From: a virus
Length of the DNA: 64,000 nt
Virus record (IMG/VR): IMGVR_UViG_3300044946_000175
Span: 55,162 to 119,161 of that record
Reading direction: 5' to 3' (one strand)
Part shown: piece after piece, positions 19,632 to 29,733 of the stretch
How positions within the stretch are numbered: position 1 is the stretch's first letter
Layout of the letters: each line of letters begins with the position of its first letter
Position numbers and translations under genes: made by a program
Notes under the pieces: model-generated
What the model saw: the letters and a program-made list of their open reading frames with translations, nothing else
Database searches by the model: none
What the model was told of the DNA's origin: nothing

Positions 19632-19666
19632 CTTTTTATTTTTTCGTTCGCGTCTTCATGTCAAAT

Positions 19667-19681
19667 CAGGCGATACAGTAA
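19667..19681 (+). promoter_or_regulatory. family-B promoter motif CAGGCGATAYWGTAA
   Basis: also at 24778, 27159, 31040; variants at 39993, 59931, 42181; these copies lie just upstream of a gene or RNA. Confidence 0.6.
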
Positions 19682-19717
19682 GACAGAGCCACCCCCAAAC
19701 CATCGGTCATTCTCGTC

Positions 19718-20848
19718 ATGAAAATAGTCAGAGAAACTCTCCTAAATTGCCTCAATCAAGTATCTGCTGGCTTATCCAGTCGAGACCTCGCGGAGCAAAC
19801 TTCTTCCTTCATCTTCCAGCCTCCATTCGTTATCACATTCAACGATGAAATATCAGTCCGGATGAAACTAGAGGAGCTTGATGGGGTCGAGGGAGCCGTG
19901 AGAGCCAAGCCTCTCCTGGCCGCACTCACCAACATGAGTCACGAAGAAATCGACGTGACCACCGATGAGAAAAACCTCATCATCAAGGCTCCTCGTACGA
20001 AGGTGCAGATTCGCAGGGAACCGCAGGCCGATCCCTCCCCTATCGACGCCATCAAACCGCCAGCAAAGAAAGCATACGGTGACCTGCCCGAGCATTTCGG
20101 TACTGCTGTAGAGCAAGTGTGCAGTGTGACGAGCAGCAGCAATGATCAGGAATTCTTCACGGTCGCGGTACACCTCACCAAGGGATGGATCGAGGGATCA
20201 GACCGCAAGCAGTTCTGTCGCTATACGATGGATCTGCCTCTATCTGGATCGTTCCTGGTCCGCTCCAAGAGCCTGAAGCATCTGGCCGGACTGGACGTGA
20301 CGCGCGTGGCGGAGAATGGGGACTGGCTGCACTTCCGCAATCAGACGTTGATCTTCTCCGTGCGACGGCATATCAGCAGCGGTTATCCAGACTTGACCAG
20401 GAATCTCTCATTTCGCGGCGCGAAGACTGTGCTCCCCAAGGGCGGCATTCCGGCGGCGAAACTGGCAGCGGCATTTAGCAGCGAAAACAAAGACAACGAC
20501 CGCGTCCAGGTGCAGTTGAGCGACGGAAAGATGGTTGTGGTGGGACTGAGCGCCCACGGGCAGGCAGAGACGACACTGGAATGTGGTTACACAGGAGGGC
20601 AGGTGTCGTTCTGGATCGCTCCGAAAGCACTCGTGCGACTCATAGAGGACTTCAACGATTGCGAGATTGCGCCAGAAGGTAGACTTTCGGTATTTGGTGA
20701 GGGGTGGGTGTACAGCGCGGCGCTCAGCAAGGACAAGGAAGAGAAAAAGGACGAGAAGGCAAAAGATAAGAAACAAGCTGCACTTCCGATGACTGAAGAG
20801 TTTGAGAACTCGGAAGAGGAATTGGAAGAAACAGAACCTCCATATTGA
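19718..20848 (+). CDS. dnaN: DNA sliding clamp (Pol III beta-like)
   Basis: MKIVRETLLNCLNQVS start, ~370 aa three-domain layout, GSD and GYPD motifs. Confidence 0.8.
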   Translation: MKIVRETLLNCLNQVSAGLSSRDLAEQTSSFIFQPPFVITFNDEISVRMKLEELDGVEGAVRAKPLLAALTNMSHEEIDVTTDEKNLIIKAPRTKVQIRREPQADPSPIDAIKPPAKKAYGDLPEHFGTAVEQVCSVTSSSNDQEFFTVAVHLTKGWIEGSDRKQFCRYTMDLPLSGSFLVRSKSLKHLAGLDVTRVAENGDWLHFRNQTLIFSVRRHISSGYPDLTRNLSFRGAKTVLPKGGIPAAKLAAAFSSENKDNDRVQVQLSDGKMVVVGLSAHGQAETTLECGYTGGQVSFWIAPKALVRLIEDFNDCEIAPEGRLSVFGEGWVYSAALSKDKEEKKDEKAKDKKQAALPMTEEFENSEEELEETEPPY

Positions 20849-20859
20849 AAGGCAAGCTA

Positions 20860-21330
20860 ATGTTTGGTACATCTGCTAACGCGATTGATCGGTTTGATGA
20901 GATTTTGGGTAATGCTGAAGCCGAAATGCAAACTGGTTGTTTGTCTTTAGACACGTTTTTGCTTTTACAGCGGTTGTGGTCCGCACGAACATTTGGACCA
21001 CAATCGCATCGTGGGCCAATGGGACCATTGAAGCATCTGAAAAAGGAAGTTGAGGAGGCTTTGAATTCCGTTGCGACTACCGTTAATGCTGCAAGTCCAC
21101 AAGATGCAGCAGACTGTCGAGAAATTCAGATTGAAGAACTGGCTGACTGTTTTTTCCTGGTCGTCGATGCAGTCTGGCGTTCTGGAGTCAGTCCGGTGGA
21201 GTTTCGGCAAGCACTGACGACCAAGCTCATCAAGAATCGAAACAGAGCGTGGCCCGACTGGAGAGAGAAGGACGCTAACGATGCAATTGAGCATGTGAGG
21301 AATGAGAATGACGTCGGTGATGGAATATGA
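20860..21330 (+). CDS. DUF550 dATP/dGTP pyrophosphohydrolase (MazG-like)
   Basis: WSARTFGP...GPLKHLKKEVEE...EELAD...NRNRAWPDW...AIEHVR. Confidence 0.82.
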   Translation: MFGTSANAIDRFDEILGNAEAEMQTGCLSLDTFLLLQRLWSARTFGPQSHRGPMGPLKHLKKEVEEALNSVATTVNAASPQDAADCREIQIEELADCFFLVVDAVWRSGVSPVEFRQALTTKLIKNRNRAWPDWREKDANDAIEHVRNENDVGDGI

Positions 21331-22556
21331 GCGACGGCGAGTTCTTCTCCCGGTCGGAAGCCATGAAGTTCCGGCCTTCTGTTTCACTCATTCCGGCATG
21401 TGAAAGGTGTCAGCTTTTTCGGCGCGGGTGTGTGACACCTAAGATGCCGACTTCAGGACGTGGTGAAAAGAAAATCCTCATCGTGGGAGATCACCCCGGC
21501 GAATCCGAAGATCGAGAGGGCAAGCAGTTTGTTGGTCGTTCTGGACAATACCTGCGTGGCATCCTCTACGACTGTGGTCTGGACCCCAATCGCGATTGCG
21601 TGTTCACCAATGCTACTATATGCTATTCTTCTGACATTCGTGAGCATAAGACTGCCCTTCAGGACTGTCTGCCGAATCTGCTGAAGACGATTCGCGTGCA
21701 TCAGCCGGAAATAATTCTACTCTTGGGTTTGGAAGCCGTATCGAGTCTTGTCTCTCACCTGTGGGGAGAGAGTGTAGGAGATTCGATAGCCAAGTGGGTC
21801 GGGTGGAGGATTCCGGTACGTTCAAATAATACTTGGGTGTGTTGTTCGTGGAACCCTGCTTACATCATTCGGGATCGAGATAGCGGTAAGCAGAACAGGG
21901 CTTTAGAATTACACTTCAAGCGGCACATAAGAGAGGCGCTGGCTTTGTCTGGACGTCCTTGGCCGAATGGTGCGCCTGACTATGCCAAACAGATCGAGAT
22001 AATTCTGGACCCGGTGGAGGCTGCACAGCGACTCGCAGGGTACGCGATGGCACCAGCCATCGCGTTTGATTTTGAAACGACAACACTAAAACCTCAAGGA
22101 CAGCACGCGGAGATAGTTTGTTGCGGCATCAGTGACGGCAAAGAAACAATTGCCTTTCCGTGGTGTGCGGCAACAAGAGACGCCATGAAGTCGATACTCG
22201 AAGATTCTAATATTGGTAAGATCGGCGCAAATTCAGGATTCGAGCATGTTTGGGCGGCAGAACAGGCTGATATTCAAATACAAGGATGGTTGTGGGACTG
22301 TTGTTTAGACTCACATCTGCTTGACGCACGGGCAGGAATTACGAATGTTGCTTTTCAGGCGTGGTGTCGTCTTGGAGTCGAATCTTATTGGCATCACATT
22401 GCGCCATTTCTTGAATCAAAAGAAAGTGGCGGGAATTCTCCTAACAGAATTCGGGAAGTGAATCCTTACGATCTTGCTTTATATTGTGGCCAAGACGCAC
22501 TTATTGAATGGGGTATAGCCATGAGTCAAATGAAAGAAATGGGGGTCGAGATATGA
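21327..22556 (+). CDS. uracil-DNA glycosylase (family 4) fused to 3'-5' exonuclease; N-terminal half of split DNA polymerase
   Basis: CERCQL..GC, ILIVGDHPG..ED..GKQFVGRSG; Exo I FDFETT; Exo III YCGQDA. Confidence 0.85.
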   Translation: MSDGEFFSRSEAMKFRPSVSLIPACERCQLFRRGCVTPKMPTSGRGEKKILIVGDHPGESEDREGKQFVGRSGQYLRGILYDCGLDPNRDCVFTNATICYSSDIREHKTALQDCLPNLLKTIRVHQPEIILLLGLEAVSSLVSHLWGESVGDSIAKWVGWRIPVRSNNTWVCCSWNPAYIIRDRDSGKQNRALELHFKRHIREALALSGRPWPNGAPDYAKQIEIILDPVEAAQRLAGYAMAPAIAFDFETTTLKPQGQHAEIVCCGISDGKETIAFPWCAATRDAMKSILEDSNIGKIGANSGFEHVWAAEQADIQIQGWLWDCCLDSHLLDARAGITNVAFQAWCRLGVESYWHHIAPFLESKESGGNSPNRIREVNPYDLALYCGQDALIEWGIAMSQMKEMGVEI

Positions 22557-23293
22557 ACAGCAGCGAACGATGTGGAACTTGTCCGGACCCAGACGCCAGC
22601 GAGATTCAGGCCATAGAAATCAGTTTTGCGATTCCGGTCTTTATGACTCAGGACCAGCAAGGACGATTGATTCGTCTCGTCGATGACATTATCGATCAGC
22701 CGTGGAATGAACCGCTGGAAGGCGTCCACTGGATGGCAGAGGTCGGCGCAAAACCGAACTGGTCGCAGATCGATGCTGCACTGCTCGAAAAGCCAGTCGA
22801 TCCGAATGCCCCCGCGACTGGCGAGCCGACTTTCGATGACAGTGTATTTAGTATTGGAAGTTGCGCTCGTGGATTTGTGAGTGAAAAGGAAAGAGATCAA
22901 GTGCTTGAGCGAAGGACCAAACCAAAGCGGGAATTGGTCCAGGCTGAGGCTCTGGCAAAGTTGTTTTATGAAGCATATGGTCGCAATGCTCCAACGCCGA
23001 CTTTTGAGGATAGTATGGGTCTCGTGCATAGTGCGACTGTTATTCCGTGGGAGGGAATTTCTGAAGATCACAAGGATTTGATGATTGCGGCTTGTAAGGA
23101 GATTCAGGTGGAGTTGGATCGAATTGCTTCGGAGAAGTGGAGGCGCAGACGGAAAAAGGAAGACGAAAGAGTTGCCGCTTTACGGGCGATTTTTAAGTGG
23201 TGCGATGCGGACGATGAGACACCACAAGGCCAATGTATATTTGAGATTGAGCGTCTGGCGAAGGCTGCATTAGGCATACCGGAAGTAGGTTGA
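22553..23293 (+). CDS. hypothetical protein inserted between polymerase halves
   Basis: 246 aa, overlaps both neighbours by 4 nt. Confidence 0.65.
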   Translation: MNSSERCGTCPDPDASEIQAIEISFAIPVFMTQDQQGRLIRLVDDIIDQPWNEPLEGVHWMAEVGAKPNWSQIDAALLEKPVDPNAPATGEPTFDDSVFSIGSCARGFVSEKERDQVLERRTKPKRELVQAEALAKLFYEAYGRNAPTPTFEDSMGLVHSATVIPWEGISEDHKDLMIAACKEIQVELDRIASEKWRRRRKKEDERVAALRAIFKWCDADDETPQGQCIFEIERLAKAALGIPEVG

Positions 23294-24774
23294 GTATGTA
23301 CCTAACTACTCTTGATGCTCGTCGTTTGTTTGCTGAGGGAAACCTTGTGCTATCGGCCATGTCGCGATGCGGCATGCGCGTGGATCACGGCTATCTGCAA
23401 ACCGTAACCAAACTGGCCGACGACAAGATACGAGAGCATGAGGCTGAAGTGCGCGTATGCCCGGCATACAAGGACTGGCAGCGACTCTATGGCGAAAAGA
23501 CCAACCTTGCCGCTCCAGCACAATTAGCCCGACTCATCTTTAAAGAATACGGTCACACCTACAAGCCGGTCATCTTTACCGACTCGGAAGAGCGAGAGTC
23601 GGCAAGCGAAAAGGCATTGGAGCACGTCGATCATCCACTCGTGAAGGCGTATTTTCGCGCCAGCAAATTTCGAAGACTACGCGGGACTTACTTGGGTGGA
23701 ATTCAGCGGGAGATGGTAGAGCATTCTCCTGGGATCTGGCTCATCCATCCATCATTCAACCTGAACACAGTCAAAACATTCAGAAGCTCATGCAATCGCC
23801 CGAACGTTCAAAATCAGTACAAACGTGACCCAGAATTCATGGAACTGATGCGTCGAGTGTTCATTCCGAGACCTGGACGACAGAATATTGAAATTGATTA
23901 TTGGTCAAACGAAGTTGCTATGGCCGCTCGGTACACATTAGATCCAAACGCCGTGGCGGAGTGCAACGATCCGACCAAAGATCCCCATCGCGATACTGCC
24001 TGCAAACTGTTCTTTTTGAAACCACACGAAGTGACCAAGACTGTGCGGAACATTGCTAAGTCTCCGTTCGTGTTTGCTCAGTTTTACGGTGACTACTATG
24101 TAAACTGCGCCGTCAATATCTGGCACGAATTACAGGATGTAAAGAACGTCATGGTGAAGGATTCAACCGAAACCATTCTGGACCGACTGGCAAAGAACGG
24201 TATCACGAGGCGGGGGTTGTGCAGCCCCAAAGAAAGGCCAACTCCGGGAACATTTGAAGCACACGTCAAGAGTGTAGAAGATTGGTACTGGAATGATAAA
24301 TATCGAGTTCATGCGGCTTGGAAAGATTCGTGGTGGAACAGATACCAAGAAACTGGTGGTTTCATCACCAAGGTCGGCTTCGCGGTCAACGATGTGCGGG
24401 TGAGAAATGAAGTCATCAACTGTCCTATTCAATGCGATGCTTTCCAACTCCTGCTCTGGTCTTTAATCCGGAAAGCCAAGCTGATTCGTAAGTATAAGAT
24501 GGATGTACTATTGATAGACGAAGTGCATGATTCTGATAACGCTGAAGTTTATCCGAATGATAGAGAGAACTACATTGAGATGGCCAGAAAGGTCATGACT
24601 GAGGACATCGTAAAGGCATGGCCCTGGCTTGAAGTTGTAAAACCAAGAGTTGAAATAGAAGCATGTCCAATAGATAGTGCATGGGCGGACAAGATGGAAC
24701 TGATCCGAAGTGGTGATGTGTGGCAGCCGAAAGACATCACAAAATGGAAGGAGAATTTCGGACTGTGGGTATGA
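23290..24774 (+). CDS. polA: family A DNA polymerase (polymerase domain only)
   Basis: TFRSSCNRPNVQN; motif A IDYWSNE; motif B RNIAK..FVFAQFYG; motif C VHDS. Confidence 0.9.
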   Translation: MSMYLTTLDARRLFAEGNLVLSAMSRCGMRVDHGYLQTVTKLADDKIREHEAEVRVCPAYKDWQRLYGEKTNLAAPAQLARLIFKEYGHTYKPVIFTDSEERESASEKALEHVDHPLVKAYFRASKFRRLRGTYLGGIQREMVEHSPGIWLIHPSFNLNTVKTFRSSCNRPNVQNQYKRDPEFMELMRRVFIPRPGRQNIEIDYWSNEVAMAARYTLDPNAVAECNDPTKDPHRDTACKLFFLKPHEVTKTVRNIAKSPFVFAQFYGDYYVNCAVNIWHELQDVKNVMVKDSTETILDRLAKNGITRRGLCSPKERPTPGTFEAHVKSVEDWYWNDKYRVHAAWKDSWWNRYQETGGFITKVGFAVNDVRVRNEVINCPIQCDAFQLLLWSLIRKAKLIRKYKMDVLLIDEVHDSDNAEVYPNDRENYIEMARKVMTEDIVKAWPWLEVVKPRVEIEACPIDSAWADKMELIRSGDVWQPKDITKWKENFGLWV

Positions 24775-24796
24775 AAACAGGCGATATAGTAATTAC

Positions 24797-26266
24797 ATGG
24801 CAAAATTGTTCTTAGATTTGAATTCGATAGATGGGTATAAGACATTCCTCAAGGTGAAGTCTCTGCCTCTTTATCGTTTCGTGGGTCGAGAAGCGTGGTT
24901 TCCTGACGAGTATGCCGGTGAGTTGGGATTGAGTGCCGAAAAGGCAAAAGAAAAGAAATATTCCCCTTCCAGTTCATTATTTGACTATCAGGAAGGAATT
25001 AGCCGAATCGCGATCCGTAAGCGGAAGTTCAGCGTGTTTGCTGATTGTGGATTAGGCAAAACTTTGATTGCCTTTGAATTAGTTAAACATGCTCTTTCGT
25101 GCATGGGACAGGATCGGGCAGCGCTTATTATTTCGCCTTCGATGGTCATTGACCAGACCATTTCGGAATTGATGCGGTTTTATGGCAAGGAACTGCCTAT
25201 TGAGAGGGTTCGAGCGGCTGGTCTGAAGTCGTGGATGCATTTCGGAAAATGTCGTCTGGGAATTACGAACTGGGAGGCTCTTTCTGACGAGATTACTGGT
25301 CCAGGAAGAGTTGATTGTGTAGTAGCAGACGAATCGAGTTATCTGAAATCCCAATACGGTAAGTGGGGGACCCGGTTGATTCATTTAGGTCGTGGACTGA
25401 CGTGGAAACTGTGTTTGACTGGTACACCTGCACCGAACGACCGGATCGAATATGCGAATCATGCGGTTTTTATGGATCGTTTTCCCAATGTGAATAGCTT
25501 TCTGAGTAAATACTTCATCAATCGTGGCGAGACTCAGAACCGATGGGAACTCAAACCGCACGCTCTTCACTCGTTCTATCGCTCATTGTCCCACTGGTGC
25601 ATCTTCCTGACAAATCCTTCTGTTTACGGATGGAAGGACAACACCAAACCGCTGCCGTCCATTGATGTGAAGTATTTAAACGTACCATTGACAGACGCGC
25701 AGTGGGAGAAGGCGATAGAAGTGACGAGTAACATTATGGGTATTCCAGGCGGGATTGGAGAACGAAGCAAGGTCGCGCAAATCGCAAAATCCAGCGCCGG
25801 ATATAAGCCGAAGTTCATTGCCGATCTAGCCAGAGCGTCGGACGCGGGAACCATAATCTGGTGTAAGTACAATGAGGAGCAGGACGAACTCTATCGCTTG
25901 CTGCCGGAAGCGGCCAATATCAGTGGAGACACACCTGAAAACCGTCGAATCGAACTAATTCGCGAGTTCAAGCAAGGTACGAAAAAAATTATCCTCACAA
26001 AAGACAAGATACTCGGGTATGGCCTGAACCTTCAGATGTGTCATCGGATGATCTTCTCGACGCTCATGGACTCAGCAGAGGGTTACTATCAGTGCATCAA
26101 GAGAGCCAATCGATATGGGTCGGTACATCCCCTCGAAGTGTTGATACCGGCGACCGACATCGAACTGACTATGGTCAACAATGTATTTCGTAAGTTGGAG
26201 AGGATGGAGCAGGACAACAGAGAGCAAGAGAAAATCTTCAGGCAGGAATCGATAGGGTTAATGTAG
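24797..26266 (+). CDS. SNF2-like helicase (helicase-methylase pair)
   Basis: LFDYQ, DCGLGKT, DESS, TGTPAPND, QCIKRANRYG. Confidence 0.88.
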   Translation: MAKLFLDLNSIDGYKTFLKVKSLPLYRFVGREAWFPDEYAGELGLSAEKAKEKKYSPSSSLFDYQEGISRIAIRKRKFSVFADCGLGKTLIAFELVKHALSCMGQDRAALIISPSMVIDQTISELMRFYGKELPIERVRAAGLKSWMHFGKCRLGITNWEALSDEITGPGRVDCVVADESSYLKSQYGKWGTRLIHLGRGLTWKLCLTGTPAPNDRIEYANHAVFMDRFPNVNSFLSKYFINRGETQNRWELKPHALHSFYRSLSHWCIFLTNPSVYGWKDNTKPLPSIDVKYLNVPLTDAQWEKAIEVTSNIMGIPGGIGERSKVAQIAKSSAGYKPKFIADLARASDAGTIIWCKYNEEQDELYRLLPEAANISGDTPENRRIELIREFKQGTKKIILTKDKILGYGLNLQMCHRMIFSTLMDSAEGYYQCIKRANRYGSVHPLEVLIPATDIELTMVNNVFRKLERMEQDNREQEKIFRQESIGLM

Positions 26267-26275
26267 AAAGGAATT

Positions 26276-27145
26276 TTGATGTTGCTTAAAGATGGAGAGA
26301 ATTGGAGAGTCGTTCACGGAGACTCGATTATTCATATGGCAGAGATGCCTATAGAATCAGTCGATTTTTCGATATTTTCTCCACCGTTCCCCGCGCTATA
26401 CTCGTATACCGATTTGACTAACGACATAGGAAATTCAGAAGACAAAACAGAAACTCGTCTCCATCTGTCTTTTTTCTATCGTCAGCTTGCGAGGATCGTC
26501 AAGCCAGGTCGGGTGATTATGGTTCACATCATGCAGATTGCTCGTATGAAGCGAACCGGCGAAGTCGGTTTATTTGACTTTCGTGGTTTGAATATCCGAT
26601 TGGGAGAGCGGGCTGGTTTGGTTTATGAGTACGACTGGATGGTCCGTCGCAATCCACAGAGTCAGGCTATCAGGACTCGCTCGCGAGAATTGCAATTTGC
26701 TGGTTTGGAATCTGATCGCGCTAAGTCTCGTGGTACGCTATGTGACTACCTCATCAAGTTTCGAGTTCCTGGGGAGAATACCGTTCCGGTGGATTCAGAG
26801 AATGACGTTTCGCGCAATGATTGGATTCAGTGGGCTGAGGGCAGTTGGGCAAACATCAAAGAAACAGATACACTCAACGTTCAAGGAAGTAAAGGAAAGA
26901 ATGACACCCGTCATGTGTGCCCGCTTCAGCTTCAGATAATTAATAGGCTGGTGCGACTCTACACCAATCCAAAAGAGATCGTCTTCTCACCATTTGCAGG
27001 GATCGGCTCTGAACTTGTGATGGCTTTGAGATTGGGACGCCGGGCTTATGGAATTGAACTGAAGGACGAATACTACCGAAAGTGCGTCGAGAACTGCGAA
27101 ATGTCAGGTAAAGAATCGCAAATAGAAGAGAATTTATTTTGGTGA
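26276..27145 (+). CDS. N4-C/N6-A DNA methyltransferase (beta class)
   Basis: catalytic SPPF precedes SAM-binding SPFAGIGS; HVCP. Confidence 0.9.
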   Translation: MMLLKDGENWRVVHGDSIIHMAEMPIESVDFSIFSPPFPALYSYTDLTNDIGNSEDKTETRLHLSFFYRQLARIVKPGRVIMVHIMQIARMKRTGEVGLFDFRGLNIRLGERAGLVYEYDWMVRRNPQSQAIRTRSRELQFAGLESDRAKSRGTLCDYLIKFRVPGENTVPVDSENDVSRNDWIQWAEGSWANIKETDTLNVQGSKGKNDTRHVCPLQLQIINRLVRLYTNPKEIVFSPFAGIGSELVMALRLGRRAYGIELKDEYYRKCVENCEMSGKESQIEENLFW

Positions 27146-27261
27146 GTCTGTGTGAAAACAGGCGATACAGTAATTAAGAGAACATGGCAGGAGGGGCATC
27201 TAAAGGGGTTCGTTTAGAATCGCACGGTGTCTCTTCTGTCTTGTGTTTTGAGAAAAAGCAA

Positions 27262-27492
27262 ATGACTGACGCGGAACGTGATAGGTACATGGCAAAGATT
27301 GCTAACAGTGCTGAGAGACTGGCGGCATTGTTACGACATCAAGAGCCTGGACTTCTTTCGTGGGCTTCTGATGTCAGGCGGCATGCTGAGATTGTGGCAA
27401 ATTGGTGGAACGGAGAGAAGGCAAATCCGGAACCCGTCGATAGGTGTGGGGACTGTGGCGCGGTGATGCCCTGTGTTTGTAGACCGACGTGA
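27262..27492 (+). CDS. hypothetical protein
   Basis: 76 aa with C-terminal CxxC. Confidence 0.5.
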   Translation: MTDAERDRYMAKIANSAERLAALLRHQEPGLLSWASDVRRHAEIVANWWNGEKANPEPVDRCGDCGAVMPCVCRPT

Positions 27493-27506
27493 AAGGAAAA
27501 GACAAA

Positions 27507-28460
27507 ATGGCTGATTGTCTTTACACAAAACATCGTCCGAAGACTATTAATGATCTTGCAGGACAAGAGGATATAGTTAAAATCATTCGCGGCTACGGAC
27601 AGAAAATCCCGAATGCGATCATTGCCATTGGCGGAAGCGGAACGGGGAAAACTTCGACCCTTCGCATTTTGTCGCGGATGGTTGGCGTGGACCCTGAGAC
27701 GAACGCAACGGACTATCAAGAGATCAATTGTGGGGACGTAAAATCTCCGCTCGACACGATCCAGGAAATTCGGCAAGGAATGACGCTGACGGGGCTGCAA
27801 GGTCACAATAGAGTCTATTTATTAGACGAACTTCAGGCTTTTAGCCGCTCGCGATTCAGTATGGAAGCTATGCTGAAGACAATCGAGGATGGTCCCAATC
27901 ATACCTTCTTCTTTTTAGGGACTACTGATCCGCAGAAGATTCTCAAAACCATTCTGAATCGTTGCCACAAACTTACCTTCAAAGCCATTCCGGACGGAGC
28001 CTTGACCGATCTGATCAAGCGAGTAGCCAAGGCCGAAAACCTGGATCTGGAAGAACGACTCATAGACAAGATAGTAGACGCTTCGGCGGGATCGGCGCGG
28101 ACGGCACTGGTAGAGCTTGAGAAGATCGCCGGATTGGAACCAAAGGACCGCATGGCAGCGGTGGGCCGGGCTGGTGCCGAAAAGGGCGGTTACGATCTGG
28201 CGAAGGAACTTTTGCCTTTTCAGGGACAGGCTAATTGGGCTGCAATCGCATCTCTCCTGGAAGATGTGAAAGACGAGGACAGCGAGTCCATTCGGCTGAT
28301 TGTGTTAGGACTGGCACGTTCGGCGCTTTTGAAGGGAGGAAACAATCCTCGTGGTATACTAGCCTCCAGAGTGATTGATCGTTTCGAGTTGAACATGTAC
28401 GGGAACGACGGTCGGGCGATTTTGGCGAATGCCTGTTACAAAGTAGTTTTTGGGAAGTAA
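27507..28460 (+). CDS. dnaX: clamp loader ATPase (Pol III gamma/tau-like)
   Basis: LYTKHRPKT..DLAGQ, GGSGTGKT, LDE, TTDPQKI..TI.NRC, GSAR. Confidence 0.9.
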   Translation: MADCLYTKHRPKTINDLAGQEDIVKIIRGYGQKIPNAIIAIGGSGTGKTSTLRILSRMVGVDPETNATDYQEINCGDVKSPLDTIQEIRQGMTLTGLQGHNRVYLLDELQAFSRSRFSMEAMLKTIEDGPNHTFFFLGTTDPQKILKTILNRCHKLTFKAIPDGALTDLIKRVAKAENLDLEERLIDKIVDASAGSARTALVELEKIAGLEPKDRMAAVGRAGAEKGGYDLAKELLPFQGQANWAAIASLLEDVKDEDSESIRLIVLGLARSALLKGGNNPRGILASRVIDRFELNMYGNDGRAILANACYKVVFGK

Positions 28461-28470
28461 AAGGTGTAGC

Positions 28471-28794
28471 GTGACTAAACCAATTGAGGAACACGAAGGC
28501 AAGAAGTACCTTCGTCTTATCTGGCCGTGCGGGAAGGATGTTGTTTGCGATCCAAAAACTAATCAACTGGGGATATATGTCGATGTATACGCTGTCATTG
28601 AGGCATTTGGTGTGACATGTCCGGCGCGTCAGCACGCACTCAAAAAATTGCTGTGCTGTGGCAATAGAAATAAAGGAACAGAATTGGCCGATTTGGTTGG
28701 AGTTGAGGCAGCGGTTGCGAGAGCGATTCAGTTACAGAATCAGCGAGATCGAGATAAAGAACAGGCAATCAAAGTTGCAGAAAAGAAGAAGTAA
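28471..28794 (+). CDS. conserved phage protein (DUF3310-like)
   Basis: VDVYAVIEAFGVTCPARQHALKKLLC.G.R.K. Confidence 0.65.
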   Translation: MTKPIEEHEGKKYLRLIWPCGKDVVCDPKTNQLGIYVDVYAVIEAFGVTCPARQHALKKLLCCGNRNKGTELADLVGVEAAVARAIQLQNQRDRDKEQAIKVAEKKK

Positions 28795-28797
28795 CTC

Positions 28798-29034
28798 ATG
28801 CGTCAATTCATCATCGGTGATCGTGTCGCTCTCTCTGTGCAGTTCCTCAAGTCAATCGGTGAGACACCGACTGGCGAGATGTGTCGCTGGCGCGGCGTGG
28901 TGCAGGAAGAGAATATACTTGGCAAATTACGCATCCTGAAAGTGTTATGGGATCACGATCCTGAATACGCATTGGTTAATGAGGCAAACTTGGCGCTGGT
29001 GGGACCGAATTCGAGGTTTGCTAATTGCGAGTAA
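28798..29034 (+). CDS. small SH3-like hypothetical protein
   Basis: F.IGDRV...V.WD...VNEANL. Confidence 0.55.
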   Translation: MRQFIIGDRVALSVQFLKSIGETPTGEMCRWRGVVQEENILGKLRILKVLWDHDPEYALVNEANLALVGPNSRFANCE

Positions 29035-29044
29035 AAGGCAAAAC

Positions 29045-29425
29045 ATGAACGTTCTTGACATTTCAAAAGTGTCGATTCAAAACCGGCCAGTGGTGATCGG
29101 TGTGCCTCGTTCGTTTTATGTGGAATATTATGGTAAGGTGATATCGACCGGTCGTTTATTCATCGTAGTGCGGCCACGAGAGAACTGGGAATATACCGAC
29201 TTTGCCGTACTGCTCGATGTCAGTACCGACGGAAACGGCGACCATTTTACGTCTTTGGGCGTGACGCAGACGACCAGGTATCGAGACGGAGGAACTACCG
29301 ACATCGAGACGAAGCAAGGCAACTGGCATTTTCCGAGTCCATTCAATCGAAACGATAAGGCGACTTTCGATGGTGAGGAATTGGAGGTATACGATCCAGA
29401 ACGGACGAGGGAGTTGCTGATATGA
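29045..29425 (+). CDS. hypothetical protein
   Basis: AAAAGGCAAAAC-ATG start. Confidence 0.6.
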   Translation: MNVLDISKVSIQNRPVVIGVPRSFYVEYYGKVISTGRLFIVVRPRENWEYTDFAVLLDVSTDGNGDHFTSLGVTQTTRYRDGGTTDIETKQGNWHFPSPFNRNDKATFDGEELEVYDPERTRELLI

Positions 29426-29607
29426 GTCGCGGCGAAAAACTGACTGAGGCGATCAAGTGTGTACTGGCCAGTCGCATCACATCTCCGTCAGTGAAGAAGG
29501 CGGCGGAACTGCTTGAGGAATTATTCCCGCTGAACTATTCAGAGGCTCTTCTCAGCCTTAAAGGACAAAAGCGGAACAAGTTAGACACATCTCCGAAAAG
29601 CGAATAG
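29422..29607 (+). CDS. hypothetical protein
   Basis: 61 aa, coupled. Confidence 0.5.
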   Translation: MSRGEKLTEAIKCVLASRITSPSVKKAAELLEELFPLNYSEALLSLKGQKRNKLDTSPKSE

Positions 29608-29622
29608 AATCTACACCACGTC

Positions 29623-29665
29623 AAAAGAAAAGAACCAGGAGATTGGCTCCTGGCTCTTTCTCTTG
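29623..29665. terminator. bidirectional intrinsic terminator-like hairpin
   Basis: A-tract, CCAGGAG/CTCCTGG stem, T-rich tail. Confidence 0.55.
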
Positions 29666-29733
29666 TTTCGGCCCTTAGTCTCCTACTTGACAGGAGAGCA
29701 TCGGCCTAGTCCTCCTACATCACAGGAGTCCAT

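Noticed and set aside
19693-19708. 12-nt match (CCAAACCATCGG) between spacer 41545-41580 and the dnaN leader; a similar 12-mer occurs at about 4346
   Set aside because: With about 16 spacers and 128 kb of both-strand sequence, a few 12-nt matches are expected by chance; not called self-targeting
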